Of a stretch of DNA of 32,000 bases, positions 17,789 through 26,184 are shown one piece after another (the first letter of the stretch is position 1; each line of letters opens with the position of its first letter). Source of the stretch: Pyrobaculum aerophilum str. IM2 (GTDB lineage: Archaea > Thermoproteota > Thermoprotei > Thermoproteales > Thermoproteaceae); contig NC_003364.1 of assembly GCF_000007225.1 (NCBI RefSeq), forward strand, positions 570,001 through 602,000, written 5' to 3'. The translations under genes were made by a program, and so were the position numbers. The notes under the pieces were generated by a model. It was not told the DNA's origin, ran no database searches, and saw nothing but the letters and a program-made list of their open reading frames with translations.

Positions 17789-19672
17789 ATGTCTCTATCG
17801 CCTGAGGACTTGGCGAAACTAGTGTTGGTGTCTAATCCCGACGCCGCTGGCGGCAAGGTTTTCTTCACTGTGACGAGAATTAGTTTGGAGAACGACAGGT
17901 ATGAGTCGTCTATCTGGGCGTGCGAGGGGGAGGTATGCAAGCCGGTTTTGCCGGGGCCTTTTGACACCGCGGCGAGGGCTTCTCCCGACGGGTCTAAAAT
18001 AGCCTTTTTGTCTAGGCGGGGTTTTGGGGATAAGGATAAGGGAGTTGGCCTGTGGGTCGCTGAGTGGGGCGGGGAGCCAAGGCAGTTGGCGAAGTTCTTG
18101 GGGGTTTTGGACTTTTCGTGGTCTCCCGGCGGCGAGGCCTTGGCGGTGGTGGCGTATGAGGGGTCTCCCGAAGGCGACGTTAAGCACGTTGAGAGATTGC
18201 CGCTGTGGATAAACGACTTTGGCTTTGCTTACAACGTCTCCAGCCACCTCTATCTTGTCGACTCTTATAGTGGAGTTGTGGAAAAGATTACTGACGGCGA
18301 TGTCAGAGTGTTAAAAGCGGCGTGGGCGCCTGACGGCCGGCGTATAGCCTACGCGGTGGCGCGCGACTTGCTTAAGCCTTACTTACAAGACGTAGTGGTT
18401 TTGGACTTAAAAACGGGGGAGCAGATGACTGCGGCCTCTGGGTTCTCCTCTGTGTCTGATATAGCGTGGAGCCCGGACGGGCGCCACATCGCCTTTACTG
18501 GGCATTTGAGGCCAAGGGGGCTGTCCTCGCATTCAAGAATTTGGGTCTTGGAAGAGGGGGAGGGGCCTAGGTGCGTGACGTGCGGCTTTGTCTACAATGT
18601 CGGTAACAGCGTTAATAGCGACGTGAGGGGCCCTAGTTTTGCCAGGGCGTTGTATTGGGCTGGCGACGGGTTGTTATTTCAAGCGACTGTGGGAGGCACT
18701 GTGGGGGTCTTCCGCGCGGCGTTAAGCGGCGACGTGGAGCCGGTCCTGACGCCGGGAGGAGTGGTGGACGAGTTCGTGCCGCTGGGAGGGGCGATTGTTT
18801 ATACCTATATGGAGGCCAATAAGCCGAAGGAGTTGTATATTTGGGACGGAGGGGAGCCGCGGAGGCTCACCCGTTTTAACGACTTCGTCTTAGAACGGTG
18901 GAAGTTGCGCAGGCCCAGCCGTTTTGTGCTAAGGGCCAGCGACGGGGCGGAAGTTGAGGGGTGGGTTCTGTTGCCTGAAGGGCCCGGCCCTCATAAATGG
19001 GTGTTGTACATACACGGCGGGCCCAAAACTGCCTACGGCGAGGGGTTTATGTTTGAATTCCACTTGCTCGCGTCGCGGGGATACGCTGTGGTGTTCTCAA
19101 ACCCGAGGGGGAGCGACGGCTATAGCGAGGAGTTTGCGGATATTAGGTGTAAATACGGCGAGAGGGACTTTCAAGACTTAATGGAAGTTGTGGACTACGT
19201 GCTTAAGAGCTATCCGCTTGACCCCAATCGAGGCGCTGTGGCCGGCGGGTCGTACGGCGGCTTTATGACGAATTGGATAATTGCCCACGTGGACAGGTTT
19301 AGAGCCGCCGTGACGCAGCGCTCAATATGCGACTGGGTGTCTATGTACGGCACGACGGATATAGGGTGGTATTTTGTCGAGGATCAGCTCTGTTGCACTC
19401 CGTGGAGGAACAGGGAGCTCTGCGTTGAGAAGAGCCCGCTTTATTTAGCCAATAGGGTAAAGACGCCGACATTAATAATCCACTCTCTAGAGGACTACAG
19501 GACGTGGGTAGACCAGGGGGTTTTGTTCTTCACGGCATTGAGGCTTCACGGCGTTGAGACGCGGCTGGTCCTATTCCCCGAGGAGAGCCACGAGCTGACA
19601 CGCAAGGGAAAGCCGCGCCACCGGGTGGAAAACTTTAAGGAGATTCTAAACTGGCTGGATAAGTATGTATAA
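17789..19672 (+). CDS. S9-family serine peptidase (acylaminoacyl-peptidase / prolyl oligopeptidase-like)
   Basis: The N-terminal half is beta-propeller-like with repeated WSPDG motifs. The C-terminal hydrolase half has GGSYGGFM (nucleophile elbow), HSLEDYR and EESHEL. ATG 17789 has TTTTTATA 22 nt upstream. The track start at 17747 overlaps the pilin gene. Confidence 0.85.
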   Translation: MSLSPEDLAKLVLVSNPDAAGGKVFFTVTRISLENDRYESSIWACEGEVCKPVLPGPFDTAARASPDGSKIAFLSRRGFGDKDKGVGLWVAEWGGEPRQLAKFLGVLDFSWSPGGEALAVVAYEGSPEGDVKHVERLPLWINDFGFAYNVSSHLYLVDSYSGVVEKITDGDVRVLKAAWAPDGRRIAYAVARDLLKPYLQDVVVLDLKTGEQMTAASGFSSVSDIAWSPDGRHIAFTGHLRPRGLSSHSRIWVLEEGEGPRCVTCGFVYNVGNSVNSDVRGPSFARALYWAGDGLLFQATVGGTVGVFRAALSGDVEPVLTPGGVVDEFVPLGGAIVYTYMEANKPKELYIWDGGEPRRLTRFNDFVLERWKLRRPSRFVLRASDGAEVEGWVLLPEGPGPHKWVLYIHGGPKTAYGEGFMFEFHLLASRGYAVVFSNPRGSDGYSEEFADIRCKYGERDFQDLMEVVDYVLKSYPLDPNRGAVAGGSYGGFMTNWIIAHVDRFRAAVTQRSICDWVSMYGTTDIGWYFVEDQLCCTPWRNRELCVEKSPLYLANRVKTPTLIIHSLEDYRTWVDQGVLFFTALRLHGVETRLVLFPEESHELTRKGKPRHRVENFKEILNWLDKYV

Positions 19673-20918
19673 AAAAGTAAGAGTGGTGCTGGAAAACGGC
19701 GACGTTTTTGAGGGGGTAATGCTCCCGCCTACGCAGTTCAGCGATTCTGACATAGTGGTGTTGAAGCTGAAAAACGGCTACAACGTGGGCTTCAAAAAGG
19801 GCAGAATTAAGGAGATTGTGGAGTTGGGCGAAGTGCAAACCGCGCCTTTATCGGCAAAGCCAATGCCGAAAATAGAGGGGGAAAAGGTATGGCTTCTCGC
19901 CACTGGGGGCACAATACTGTCGAGAGTGGACTACGTCACCGGCGGGGTGTACCCAACGCTCAGCGTTGACTACTTATTTGAAGTGTTGGGGGGGCTGGAG
20001 GCCCCAATAGAGGCGGAGGAAGTTACGGCGAAGTTCAGCGAGGACATGACGCCGGCGCTGTGGGGGGTGATAGCTGAGAGAGTGGCGGAGGCGTTTAAAA
20101 AGGGGGCTAGGGGGGTGGTGGTTTTACACGGCACTGACACTATGCAATACACAGCCGCCGCTTTGGCATTCGCCTTTAAATCGGCGCCGGGCCCCATCGC
20201 CCTAGTCGGCGCCCAGAGATCTAGCGACAGGCCATCAACTGACGCCGTGTTGAACCTCAAGGCCGCCATAGCGGTGACGGCGAGGGCCCCCTTTGCCGAG
20301 TCCGTAGTGGTTATGCACAAGACGAGCGGCGACACAGTCGTGGCGGTCCACAGGGGGACTAGGGTGAGGAAAATGCACACATCGCGCCGGGACACCTTCC
20401 AGTCAATCAACACGACTCCAATCGCCGAGTACTACCCCGAGAAAGAATTACTGCAAGTCTTGACGGACGTGTACAAAGAGAGGGGCGGGCTCGACTACAC
20501 CGCTAAGTTCGAGGAGGCAGTGGCGCTGGTGAAGTTCTACCCCGGCATGCACCCCCGCCTTCTCGAAGCGTTGTTAGAGGTCGGGATGAAGGGGGTGGTC
20601 ATAGAGGGGACTGGCTTTGGCCACGTCGGCGAGGGCGTGTTGCCCGCGGTCAAAAAGCTAATAGACGCCGGCGTAATAGTGGCTATGACGAGCCAGACGC
20701 TGTATGGAAGAGTGAACCTCTATGTGTACAGAAGGGGGAGGGAGTTGCTGTCCATGGGCGTAATACCGCTGGAGGACATGTTGCCCGAGACGGCGTATGC
20801 AAAAATGTCGTGGGCCTTGGCCAATTTCAAGAGAGAGGAAGTCCCTAGGGTATTGACCACGCCAATAGCCTACGAGATGAGCCCGAGGTCGGATCCCCTC
20901 GTCTTCGGAGGGTTATGA
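19665..20918 (+). CDS. gatD: Glu-tRNA(Gln) amidotransferase subunit D
   Basis: An N-terminal GatD-specific domain is followed by an asparaginase-like core (LATGGTI, LHGTDTM). It overlaps the peptidase gene by 8 nt. Confidence 0.9.
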   Translation: MYKKVRVVLENGDVFEGVMLPPTQFSDSDIVVLKLKNGYNVGFKKGRIKEIVELGEVQTAPLSAKPMPKIEGEKVWLLATGGTILSRVDYVTGGVYPTLSVDYLFEVLGGLEAPIEAEEVTAKFSEDMTPALWGVIAERVAEAFKKGARGVVVLHGTDTMQYTAAALAFAFKSAPGPIALVGAQRSSDRPSTDAVLNLKAAIAVTARAPFAESVVVMHKTSGDTVVAVHRGTRVRKMHTSRRDTFQSINTTPIAEYYPEKELLQVLTDVYKERGGLDYTAKFEEAVALVKFYPGMHPRLLEALLEVGMKGVVIEGTGFGHVGEGVLPAVKKLIDAGVIVAMTSQTLYGRVNLYVYRRGRELLSMGVIPLEDMLPETAYAKMSWALANFKREEVPRVLTTPIAYEMSPRSDPLVFGGL

Positions 20919-21445
20919 ACGACGTCATTGCCGTGGCTGACACGCTCTGCAAAACCCCGCGAGTGGGGTGGTTGCAACGGGGCGTGTCCGAGGCTGAGAG
21001 CGTCTGCGCCCACGTCCTTTTGACCACTCTGTTAGCCGGCGAAATCGCGGCGCATTTAAACGCCGAGGGAGTTGAGGTGGACATAGCAAAAGTACTCGCG
21101 GTGGCCGCCGTCCACGACTTGGCGGAGTCCGTGCTGGGGCACCCAGGCCGGGAGGTTAGGGATAAAATACGCTGGGAGGAGGCGGAGGAGGAGGTTTTCA
21201 AGAGGGAGTTCCCCCACTTGGCAGAGCTGTTTAGGTGGTACAGATACGAGACAAACCTAGTGGGCAGGATTGTCTCGTTTGCAGACAAATTGGCGACTTT
21301 AATAAGAGCGTGCAGGTATAAAAAACTGGGTTACGACACAGACGACTTGATAAAAAACCTCTACCGCAAGCTGGCAAAATACGACGACTTAGCGCACATA
21401 CTCGACATCTACGTCGCGCGCTACTGCCAAGGCGTTACCCTTTAG
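20915..21445 (+). CDS. HD-domain phosphohydrolase, YfbR/HDDC2-like
   Basis: PRVGWLQRGVSEAESVCAHVLLT and AAVHDLAESVLG match the YfbR-type H...HD motifs. It overlaps gatD by 4 nt. Confidence 0.8.
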   Translation: MNDVIAVADTLCKTPRVGWLQRGVSEAESVCAHVLLTTLLAGEIAAHLNAEGVEVDIAKVLAVAAVHDLAESVLGHPGREVRDKIRWEEAEEEVFKREFPHLAELFRWYRYETNLVGRIVSFADKLATLIRACRYKKLGYDTDDLIKNLYRKLAKYDDLAHILDIYVARYCQGVTL

Positions 21446-21744
21446 AACTTGTAGACCGTGTTTTTCCCGCGTATATACGCTCCCCGACACTACAGCGCCC
21501 CGCTCCTCCCCCGCATCCCCACGGCGCCTGCGGGACGGCTCAAAGGGCCTTAACCGCTTAAACCCCTGGCGCCTTTAAAGCCGGCCTATAGGCCTCCCCG
21601 CCCCGCCAGGTCGATCCCGCTTCTAACCACCACCCACAGATTTACATTTGGCGGACTCCGAATAGCGCAGTCAGTTTTTATATCAACTCCCGCGTATTAC
21701 TCAACGCCAGCTTAAACCCCCAGCTTATTCGCCGTTATCATGTT

Positions 21745-22220
21745 GTTTCAATTCTTTTGTAGATTCTTCGAGGGAGGAGAGGAGTGGCAGATTACCACAA
21801 CACTTTGCGGTTTCAATTCTTTTGTAGATTCTTCTGTAAAACTGCCCCCGGCCCCGGCCTCCACAACATATACATTGTTTCAATTCTTTTGTAGATTCTT
21901 CGGTTATAGAAGCAAAAATAGTTGAAATACCGAGGATATGTTAGTTTCAATTCTTTTGTAGATTCTTCTTAGCGCTTGGCTGGAAGAAGAGTTAGAAGAA
22001 TTAAAGTTTCAATTCTTTTGTAGATTCTTCATAGGGCTATTACAGAGAATATCTGGAAGAAGCTTAGCAACAGTTTCAATTCTTTTGTAGATTCTTCTAT
22101 GGCTCTTCTTAAGTTATATTTTTGTAAAGAGAAAGTTTCAATTCTTTTGTAGATTCTTCCAGCAGAGGCATTCTATTGGGATAGCGTAAAACAATGTTTC
22201 AATTCTTTTGTAGATTCTTC
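21745..22220 (-). CRISPR. CRISPR array: 8 identical 25-nt repeats and 7 spacers (40, 42, 42, 37, 42, 37, 36 nt)
   Basis: The repeat GTTTCAATTCTTTTGTAGATTCTTC starts at 21745, 21810, 21877, 21944, 22006, 22073, 22135 and 22196. Its reverse complement GAAGAATCTACAAAAGAATTGAAAC ends in ATTGAAAC, the usual 8-nt crRNA 5' handle. An A/T-rich leader lies on the high-coordinate side, so the array is probably transcribed on the minus strand. Confidence 0.95.
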
Positions 22221-22450
22221 TGTGGGTTTTTATTCGGGATGTTAGTTTTTCCCACTTTATAAATTTTTTGTCTCACGTCTGTTTTCCTCCTCGGCGGCTG
22301 GGGCATTTCGGCGGGGCGCCACAGCACGCTTACCACAACACTGGATAAGAAGATAAACATTAACAAAAACACAATAGAAAAAGATAGAGACAACGCTGAG
22401 GGGTATTTGCTTCGAGTCCCAAATTTTACAAAGTAAAGGATTAAAAACAA
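22221..22450 (-). promoter_or_regulatory. putative CRISPR leader with TATA box
   Basis: This A/T-rich tract sits immediately next to repeat 8. The minus strand reads AAATTTATAAAGTGGG (about 22250-22265), roughly 35 nt upstream of the first repeat. The far boundary is approximate. Confidence 0.5.
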
Positions 22451-23020
22451 TTAGACCGTAAAAACTGAAATTTATTCTGTAAACTTATCCAAGGGTTTGA
22501 AATCTTGGCAGAGAGGTGTGTCTAGGCTATTTTTAACTTGAATGGAGCTTTACTGAGGTAAAGCATGGATGCATGCGTGACTGGTTTTGGATGCCGTAGA
22601 TATGCCAGAACGCGTGCGGCGTGTCTATCCTAAGCCGTTAGGGCCTGTTGTCTTGTGAATAAGGCGGCGTTCAGCCGCTTTTTAGGCCGTGGCATCTTTT
22701 CACAAGCCCTTGTTCCGTGATGTCCAGCTTCTCTGCGGCTTGGCATTTCAGTACTGCCGTGGGGCTGTGAGCATGTTAAGGCTGGCGCGGTGGGGGTCGC
22801 CGGCTCTGCGCGCGAGGCCCTAGGGAGACGATTATTGTCGGAGTCGTGTTGGGTTCGGAGGCGATGGAGACAGGCCTAAGCGCGACGCTTCAATAAAAGC
22901 GAGACGGTGTTGATAGCGTTTACGGGAGGCGCTCTTTGCCGGCATAAGGCGCTGAGAGGGGCCATAGGTCGGCGGGCGGTTTCTCCGCCCTCGCCGTGAG
23001 CGCGTTTCTGCCGGGGCTTT

Positions 23021-23545
23021 TTAGAGATATTCTATTCTCACCGACTCTTGGCGGTACGGCAGGATTAAGGACTTGCCCAGGGGGTCCTCTACAACTAGCG
23101 TGAAGCCCCCTTCGTCGATTTTCTTATAAACCTTCTGAATGAATTGGTCTACTTTATCCGCGCTTTCGGGCTCCAGCACTTTAAGCCTCTCTGCGTAGTC
23201 TACAACTTTGTAAAGGAATCCTTCGACAGTTGTTATCATGGGCTCGCCGTGTGTGCCGGGCTCCAGCGTAAAGCCGAGGTCGGGGGAGCTAATTGAGCCC
23301 GTCTTGCTCCGTATGAGAAAGGACTTGGCCACGTCTACGCCGTCCAGCGCCGTGAAGACAATCCGCGTGGGCCGTCCAACCTCTGCGTAATCTATGTCGA
23401 ATAGCCTGTAGCCGCAACTGCTACAAAAGCCGCTTTGAATCAGCACGTTGCCGAAAAACGGCGTTTCGTATAACAACTCAGTATATCTAAACGTCTTCGC
23501 GCCGCATACCGGGCACGTCACTTCGCCGCCGAAAATAACAGACAT
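23021..23545 (-). CDS. ZPR1-type zinc-finger protein (COG1779-like)
   Basis: CPVCG...CSSCG zinc knuckles are followed by a ZPR1 beta-domain-like sequence. The second ATG (23545, MSVIFGGEVTCPVCG) is preferred because the first ATG (23575) lies at the edge of the TATA element. Confidence 0.8.
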   Translation of the reverse strand: MSVIFGGEVTCPVCGAKTFRYTELLYETPFFGNVLIQSGFCSSCGYRLFDIDYAEVGRPTRIVFTALDGVDVAKSFLIRSKTGSISSPDLGFTLEPGTHGEPMITTVEGFLYKVVDYAERLKVLEPESADKVDQFIQKVYKKIDEGGFTLVVEDPLGKSLILPYRQESVRIEYL

Positions 23546-23560
23546 GTGGCCATCGAAGGA

Positions 23561-23578
23561 GACATTTAAAAACATGTC
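23561..23578. promoter_or_regulatory. single shared TATA element for two divergent leaderless genes
   Basis: In GACAT-TTAAAAAC-ATGTC, the TTTAAAAA core (23565-23572) is centred 23.5 nt from both the minus-strand ATG (23545) and the plus-strand ATG (23592). The flanking GACAT and ATGTC are inverted repeats. Confidence 0.45.
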
Positions 23579-23591
23579 TTAACGCGCGCTT

Positions 23592-23858
23592 ATGGAGAAA
23601 TTCGACGCGGCTGTCGGCTTAGCCGTACTGATATTCGTAGCCCTAACGCTACACGGCTTGTGGAGCATATTAAATCCCAGCGCTCCCTACTGCGGCGCCC
23701 TCACGGGGTATGTCCTCTTGGCCGTCCTGGCGGGAGTCTCACTGCTATTAAGCAAGTGGTACAGGAGGCTGGAGACAATAGGCGTGGGCCTGACTCTCCT
23801 CTACCTAGTGGTGATGTGGGCCACTTTTGCAAATCCTGGGCTGTTGCAGTACTGTTAG
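23592..23858 (+). CDS. small membrane protein, 88 aa, ~3 TM segments
   Basis: The ORF has three hydrophobic stretches and correct TATA spacing. I recognise no family. Confidence 0.55.
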   Translation: MEKFDAAVGLAVLIFVALTLHGLWSILNPSAPYCGALTGYVLLAVLAGVSLLLSKWYRRLETIGVGLTLLYLVVMWATFANPGLLQYC

Positions 23859-23896
23859 TACATCAAGTATATAAATCGGTGAAAAAATAATAACAT

Positions 23897-24475
23897 ATGC
23901 CAACGGCAACTAGTAAGAGGAGGAAGAGGGGGAAGATCTTTATAATTGCCCTCATGGCGCTGATATTCGCCGAGACGGGTTACATCCTGGGCATAACGGG
24001 GCTGGGCCCTTTGATTTTTTCCGGGATGGGCGGCGCCACGGCGACTTTTAAAGACGTGTTGGCGATTTCCACAGCGTATGTGTTTTTTAACGGTACTGTG
24101 TCGCAAGCCGCGCCGCCTCTGTACCAAGACGCCTATGTCTACGTCGTGTTGTATCAGCCGGGCGTTGCGCTTCCAGACGCCGTTACGCGGCAGATAGCTC
24201 TAGACGCCAGCGAGAAGCCGGTGTACGTGTTGCCAATTCCGAGCTACAACACTCCAATAGATCCTCACGACTTCTTAGACGTCCTTCCGCAAAACGCTAA
24301 AAACCCAGTGGTTCTCCTCGCATATCAGCCGACAATGAAAACAACAGTAGATGGGTGGCTTATGCAAGTGCAGAGGTGGCTTATGCAAGTGCAGAGCCAA
24401 CTGGGGCAGTTCCAGAGCAATTACGTCAGAGTGGAACTAAAGGGCGGGCAGCCCACTGGGGTGAGGTACTTCTAA
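23897..24475 (+). CDS. N-terminally anchored hypothetical protein, 192 aa, containing an in-frame 7-aa duplication
   Basis: The basic N-terminus (KRRKRGK) is followed by a hydrophobic helix. The C-terminal part reads WLMQVQRWLMQVQSQLGQFQ. I recognise no family. Confidence 0.6.
   Translation: MPTATSKRRKRGKIFIIALMALIFAETGYILGITGLGPLIFSGMGGATATFKDVLAISTAYVFFNGTVSQAAPPLYQDAYVYVVLYQPGVALPDAVTRQIALDASEKPVYVLPIPSYNTPIDPHDFLDVLPQNAKNPVVLLAYQPTMKTTVDGWLMQVQRWLMQVQSQLGQFQSNYVRVELKGGQPTGVRYF
24355..24396 (+). repeat. perfect 21-bp tandem duplication (GTGGCTTATGCAAGTGCAGAG x2) inside a CDS
   Basis: Read directly from the sequence. Unit 1 (24355-24375) and unit 2 (24376-24396) are identical. Confidence 0.95.
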
Positions 24476-25180
24476 CACAGTACACCCGGCCGGCTCCCCT
24501 CCGTTTAAAATTGCCCTGAGGGATTCCCTGTCCCTAATAGAGCAGTAATACACGGGAGTCCCCATTCGGGCTATCGCCAGCCCCGCTTCTATTTTCTTCC
24601 TAATCCCGCCCGTGACATCCACGCCGGCGGTCCCCTCCACGTCTACGTCGCCGATTAGCCTCTCTATTTTCCTCGCCCCTGGGGTTCCCGGAGGCGCTGT
24701 GTATATGCCGTCGGCGTCCATTAGGAAAATTACGGCTTTTGGCTTTAACAGCTTGACGAGCTCTACCGCTATATCGTCGCCGCTTATTACAGTATATCCG
24801 TCGTCTGAGGGGACTATGTCTCCGTGTAGCAGTGGGTACATGCCGTGTTTAATGGCGTGGGTAATTACCTCGCCTCTGACGAGGGCCCTCCCCCAGAAGA
24901 CGTCGCTGGGCTCTACAGGAACGGCGAAGACGCCGGCTTGGGCCAGCTCCTCCACGACATATGCCGTCAGCCTCCTCAACGCGGCTTTTGTCAGCGATAT
25001 TCCCAGGGGGGACAGGCCGAAGGCCTTGACGTGGGGGTGGGCGAAAGAGCCCGCTCCGTGGATGAGGGCGGCTGGCTTTCCCATTATCTCAGCCGCAACT
25101 GCTGATATTCTGCCCCTCCGGTAGGTAAGGGGTTTAGTCTTGTCAGTAATAGCAGATCCGCCGAATTTGATAACGTACAT
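24437..25180 (-). CDS. isopentenyl phosphate kinase (amino-acid-kinase fold)
   Basis: [14 protein letters not shown]...LIHGAGSFAHP is typical of archaeal IPK. There is a 1-nt TAATG overlap with the upstream polyprenyl synthase gene. Confidence 0.8.
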   Translation of the reverse strand: MYVIKFGGSAITDKTKPLTYRRGRISAVAAEIMGKPAALIHGAGSFAHPHVKAFGLSPLGISLTKAALRRLTAYVVEELAQAGVFAVPVEPSDVFWGRALVRGEVITHAIKHGMYPLLHGDIVPSDDGYTVISGDDIAVELVKLLKPKAVIFLMDADGIYTAPPGTPGARKIERLIGDVDVEGTAGVDVTGGIRKKIEAGLAIARMGTPVYYCSIRDRESLRAILNGGEPAGCTVLEVPHPSGLPAL

Positions 25181-26184
25181 TAATACTGTCTTTCCAGTAT
25201 GAAGTACAGTAGCTCTCTCAGAGTCTCGTTATTCGGTATTCTGGCCAAGTGGCGCTCCGCCTCTTCCCTGTACTTGTGGGCGATTTTTAACGCCTCTTCC
25301 CTCGCGCCTACTGAATCTAACAACGACACGGCCTCCCTCACCTCAGCCTCGCCGACGTTTTGCAGAGACAAGATGTGGAGCAGCCTGTCCCTTTTGTCCG
25401 GCGGGAGTTTAGACAGCCCCACGGCCACAACTGCATTCCCCCTCTTGTGTTCCTTGATGTCTTTGCCTATTTCTTTGCCGAATTTTTTCGGGTCTCCGTA
25501 TATGTCGAGGACGTCGTCAATAACTTGAAAGGCAACCCCGGCGTTTAGGCCGAAGTTCCACGCGGCATCTGCTATTTCTGCATCATCGCTTACTGACAAC
25601 GCACCCCATTTGGCGGCGGCGCCTATTAACACGCCGGTTTTTAACGACACCATTTTTATATAGTCGTCTAAAGTCACCTCCCTCCACCTGGCCTTGACGA
25701 AGTAGGGATCCTCCCTGCCCGCGTATTCGAAAAGTATGTCGAGCCTCTCTCCCTCGTCTATTGCCTTAATCACCTTAGCCACCTCTCTGGCGAAGAGAGT
25801 TGGCTTTGGCGTGTCTAAAACTGCCTCTTCAATGGCCTCGCGGTACCAAATCCCTATGAGAATCGCCGCGTTGTCGCCGTAGGCCTTTCTCACCGTGGGC
25901 ATCCCTCTGCGCAAGTCTCCTCTGTCAATAATGTCGTCGTAAATCAGGGAGTAGTTGTGAATTAGCTCGACAATGGCGGCGGCTGGAAGCGCCGGCTTCC
26001 ACTGGCCGGAAATCGCCTCCGCCGTGGCCAGAGTTAGGAGGGGCCTCAGCCTCTTGCCGCCCGTCTTTACTTGGTACATAACGGCGTCTCGAAAGTCCGG
26101 CGCCAAGTCGATGGACAAGTACCGTTCTAACGCCTGCTCCACCGCCTCTCCGTATTTCGCGTGGAGCTTTGAGAGGACGTCCAT
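25180..26184 (-). CDS. geranylgeranyl diphosphate synthase (trans-polyprenyl synthase)
   Basis: The first Asp-rich motif is LIYDDIID and the second is FQVIDDVLD, with KRLRP upstream. ATTTAAA lies about 22 nt upstream of the ATG. Confidence 0.9.
   Translation of the reverse strand: MDVLSKLHAKYGEAVEQALERYLSIDLAPDFRDAVMYQVKTGGKRLRPLLTLATAEAISGQWKPALPAAAIVELIHNYSLIYDDIIDRGDLRRGMPTVRKAYGDNAAILIGIWYREAIEEAVLDTPKPTLFAREVAKVIKAIDEGERLDILFEYAGREDPYFVKARWREVTLDDYIKMVSLKTGVLIGAAAKWGALSVSDDAEIADAAWNFGLNAGVAFQVIDDVLDIYGDPKKFGKEIGKDIKEHKRGNAVVAVGLSKLPPDKRDRLLHILSLQNVGEAEVREAVSLLDSVGAREEALKIAHKYREEAERHLARIPNNETLRELLYFILERQY

Noticed and set aside
20915-21445. HD-domain gene next to the CRISPR array as a possible Cas3'' HD nuclease
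   Set aside because: Its motifs match the YfbR/HDDC2 nucleotidase type rather than Cas3-HD. The gene is coupled to gatD by a 4-nt overlap, and no other cas gene is nearby.
21600-21630. CCAGGTCGATCCCGC resembling a tRNA T-arm near the array's distal end
   Set aside because: No 5-bp T-stem can be formed around a 7-nt loop, and no acceptor, D or anticodon arms are present.
21674-21698. Possible degenerate ninth repeat (GTTTTTATATCAACTCCCGCGTATT) about 46 nt beyond repeat 1
   Set aside because: Only the first four bases and a few scattered positions match the repeat, which is not distinguishable from chance.
21740-21925. 61-aa plus-strand ORF (MLFQFFCRFFEGG...)
   Set aside because: It reads straight through CRISPR repeats, and the repeated FQFFCRFF peptide is simply the translated repeat.
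22199-22450. 83-aa minus-strand ORF next to the array
   Set aside because: It starts inside the last CRISPR repeat, is A/T-rich with low-complexity hydrophobic and Lys/Asn composition, and coincides with the putative leader.
24612-25124. 170-aa plus-strand ORF antisense to the IPK gene
   Set aside because: It has Ser/Thr/Pro/Ala-rich shadow-ORF composition and lies opposite a gene with clear kinase motifs. The same reasoning applies to 19970..20413, 20845..21288, 17819..18247, 9185..9526 and the many antisense ORFs inside 4916..7303 and 12758..14233.
26088-26102. GAAAGTCCGG, which resembles the RNase P CR-I motif
   Set aside because: It lies inside the well-supported GGPP synthase coding sequence with no surrounding RNase P architecture.
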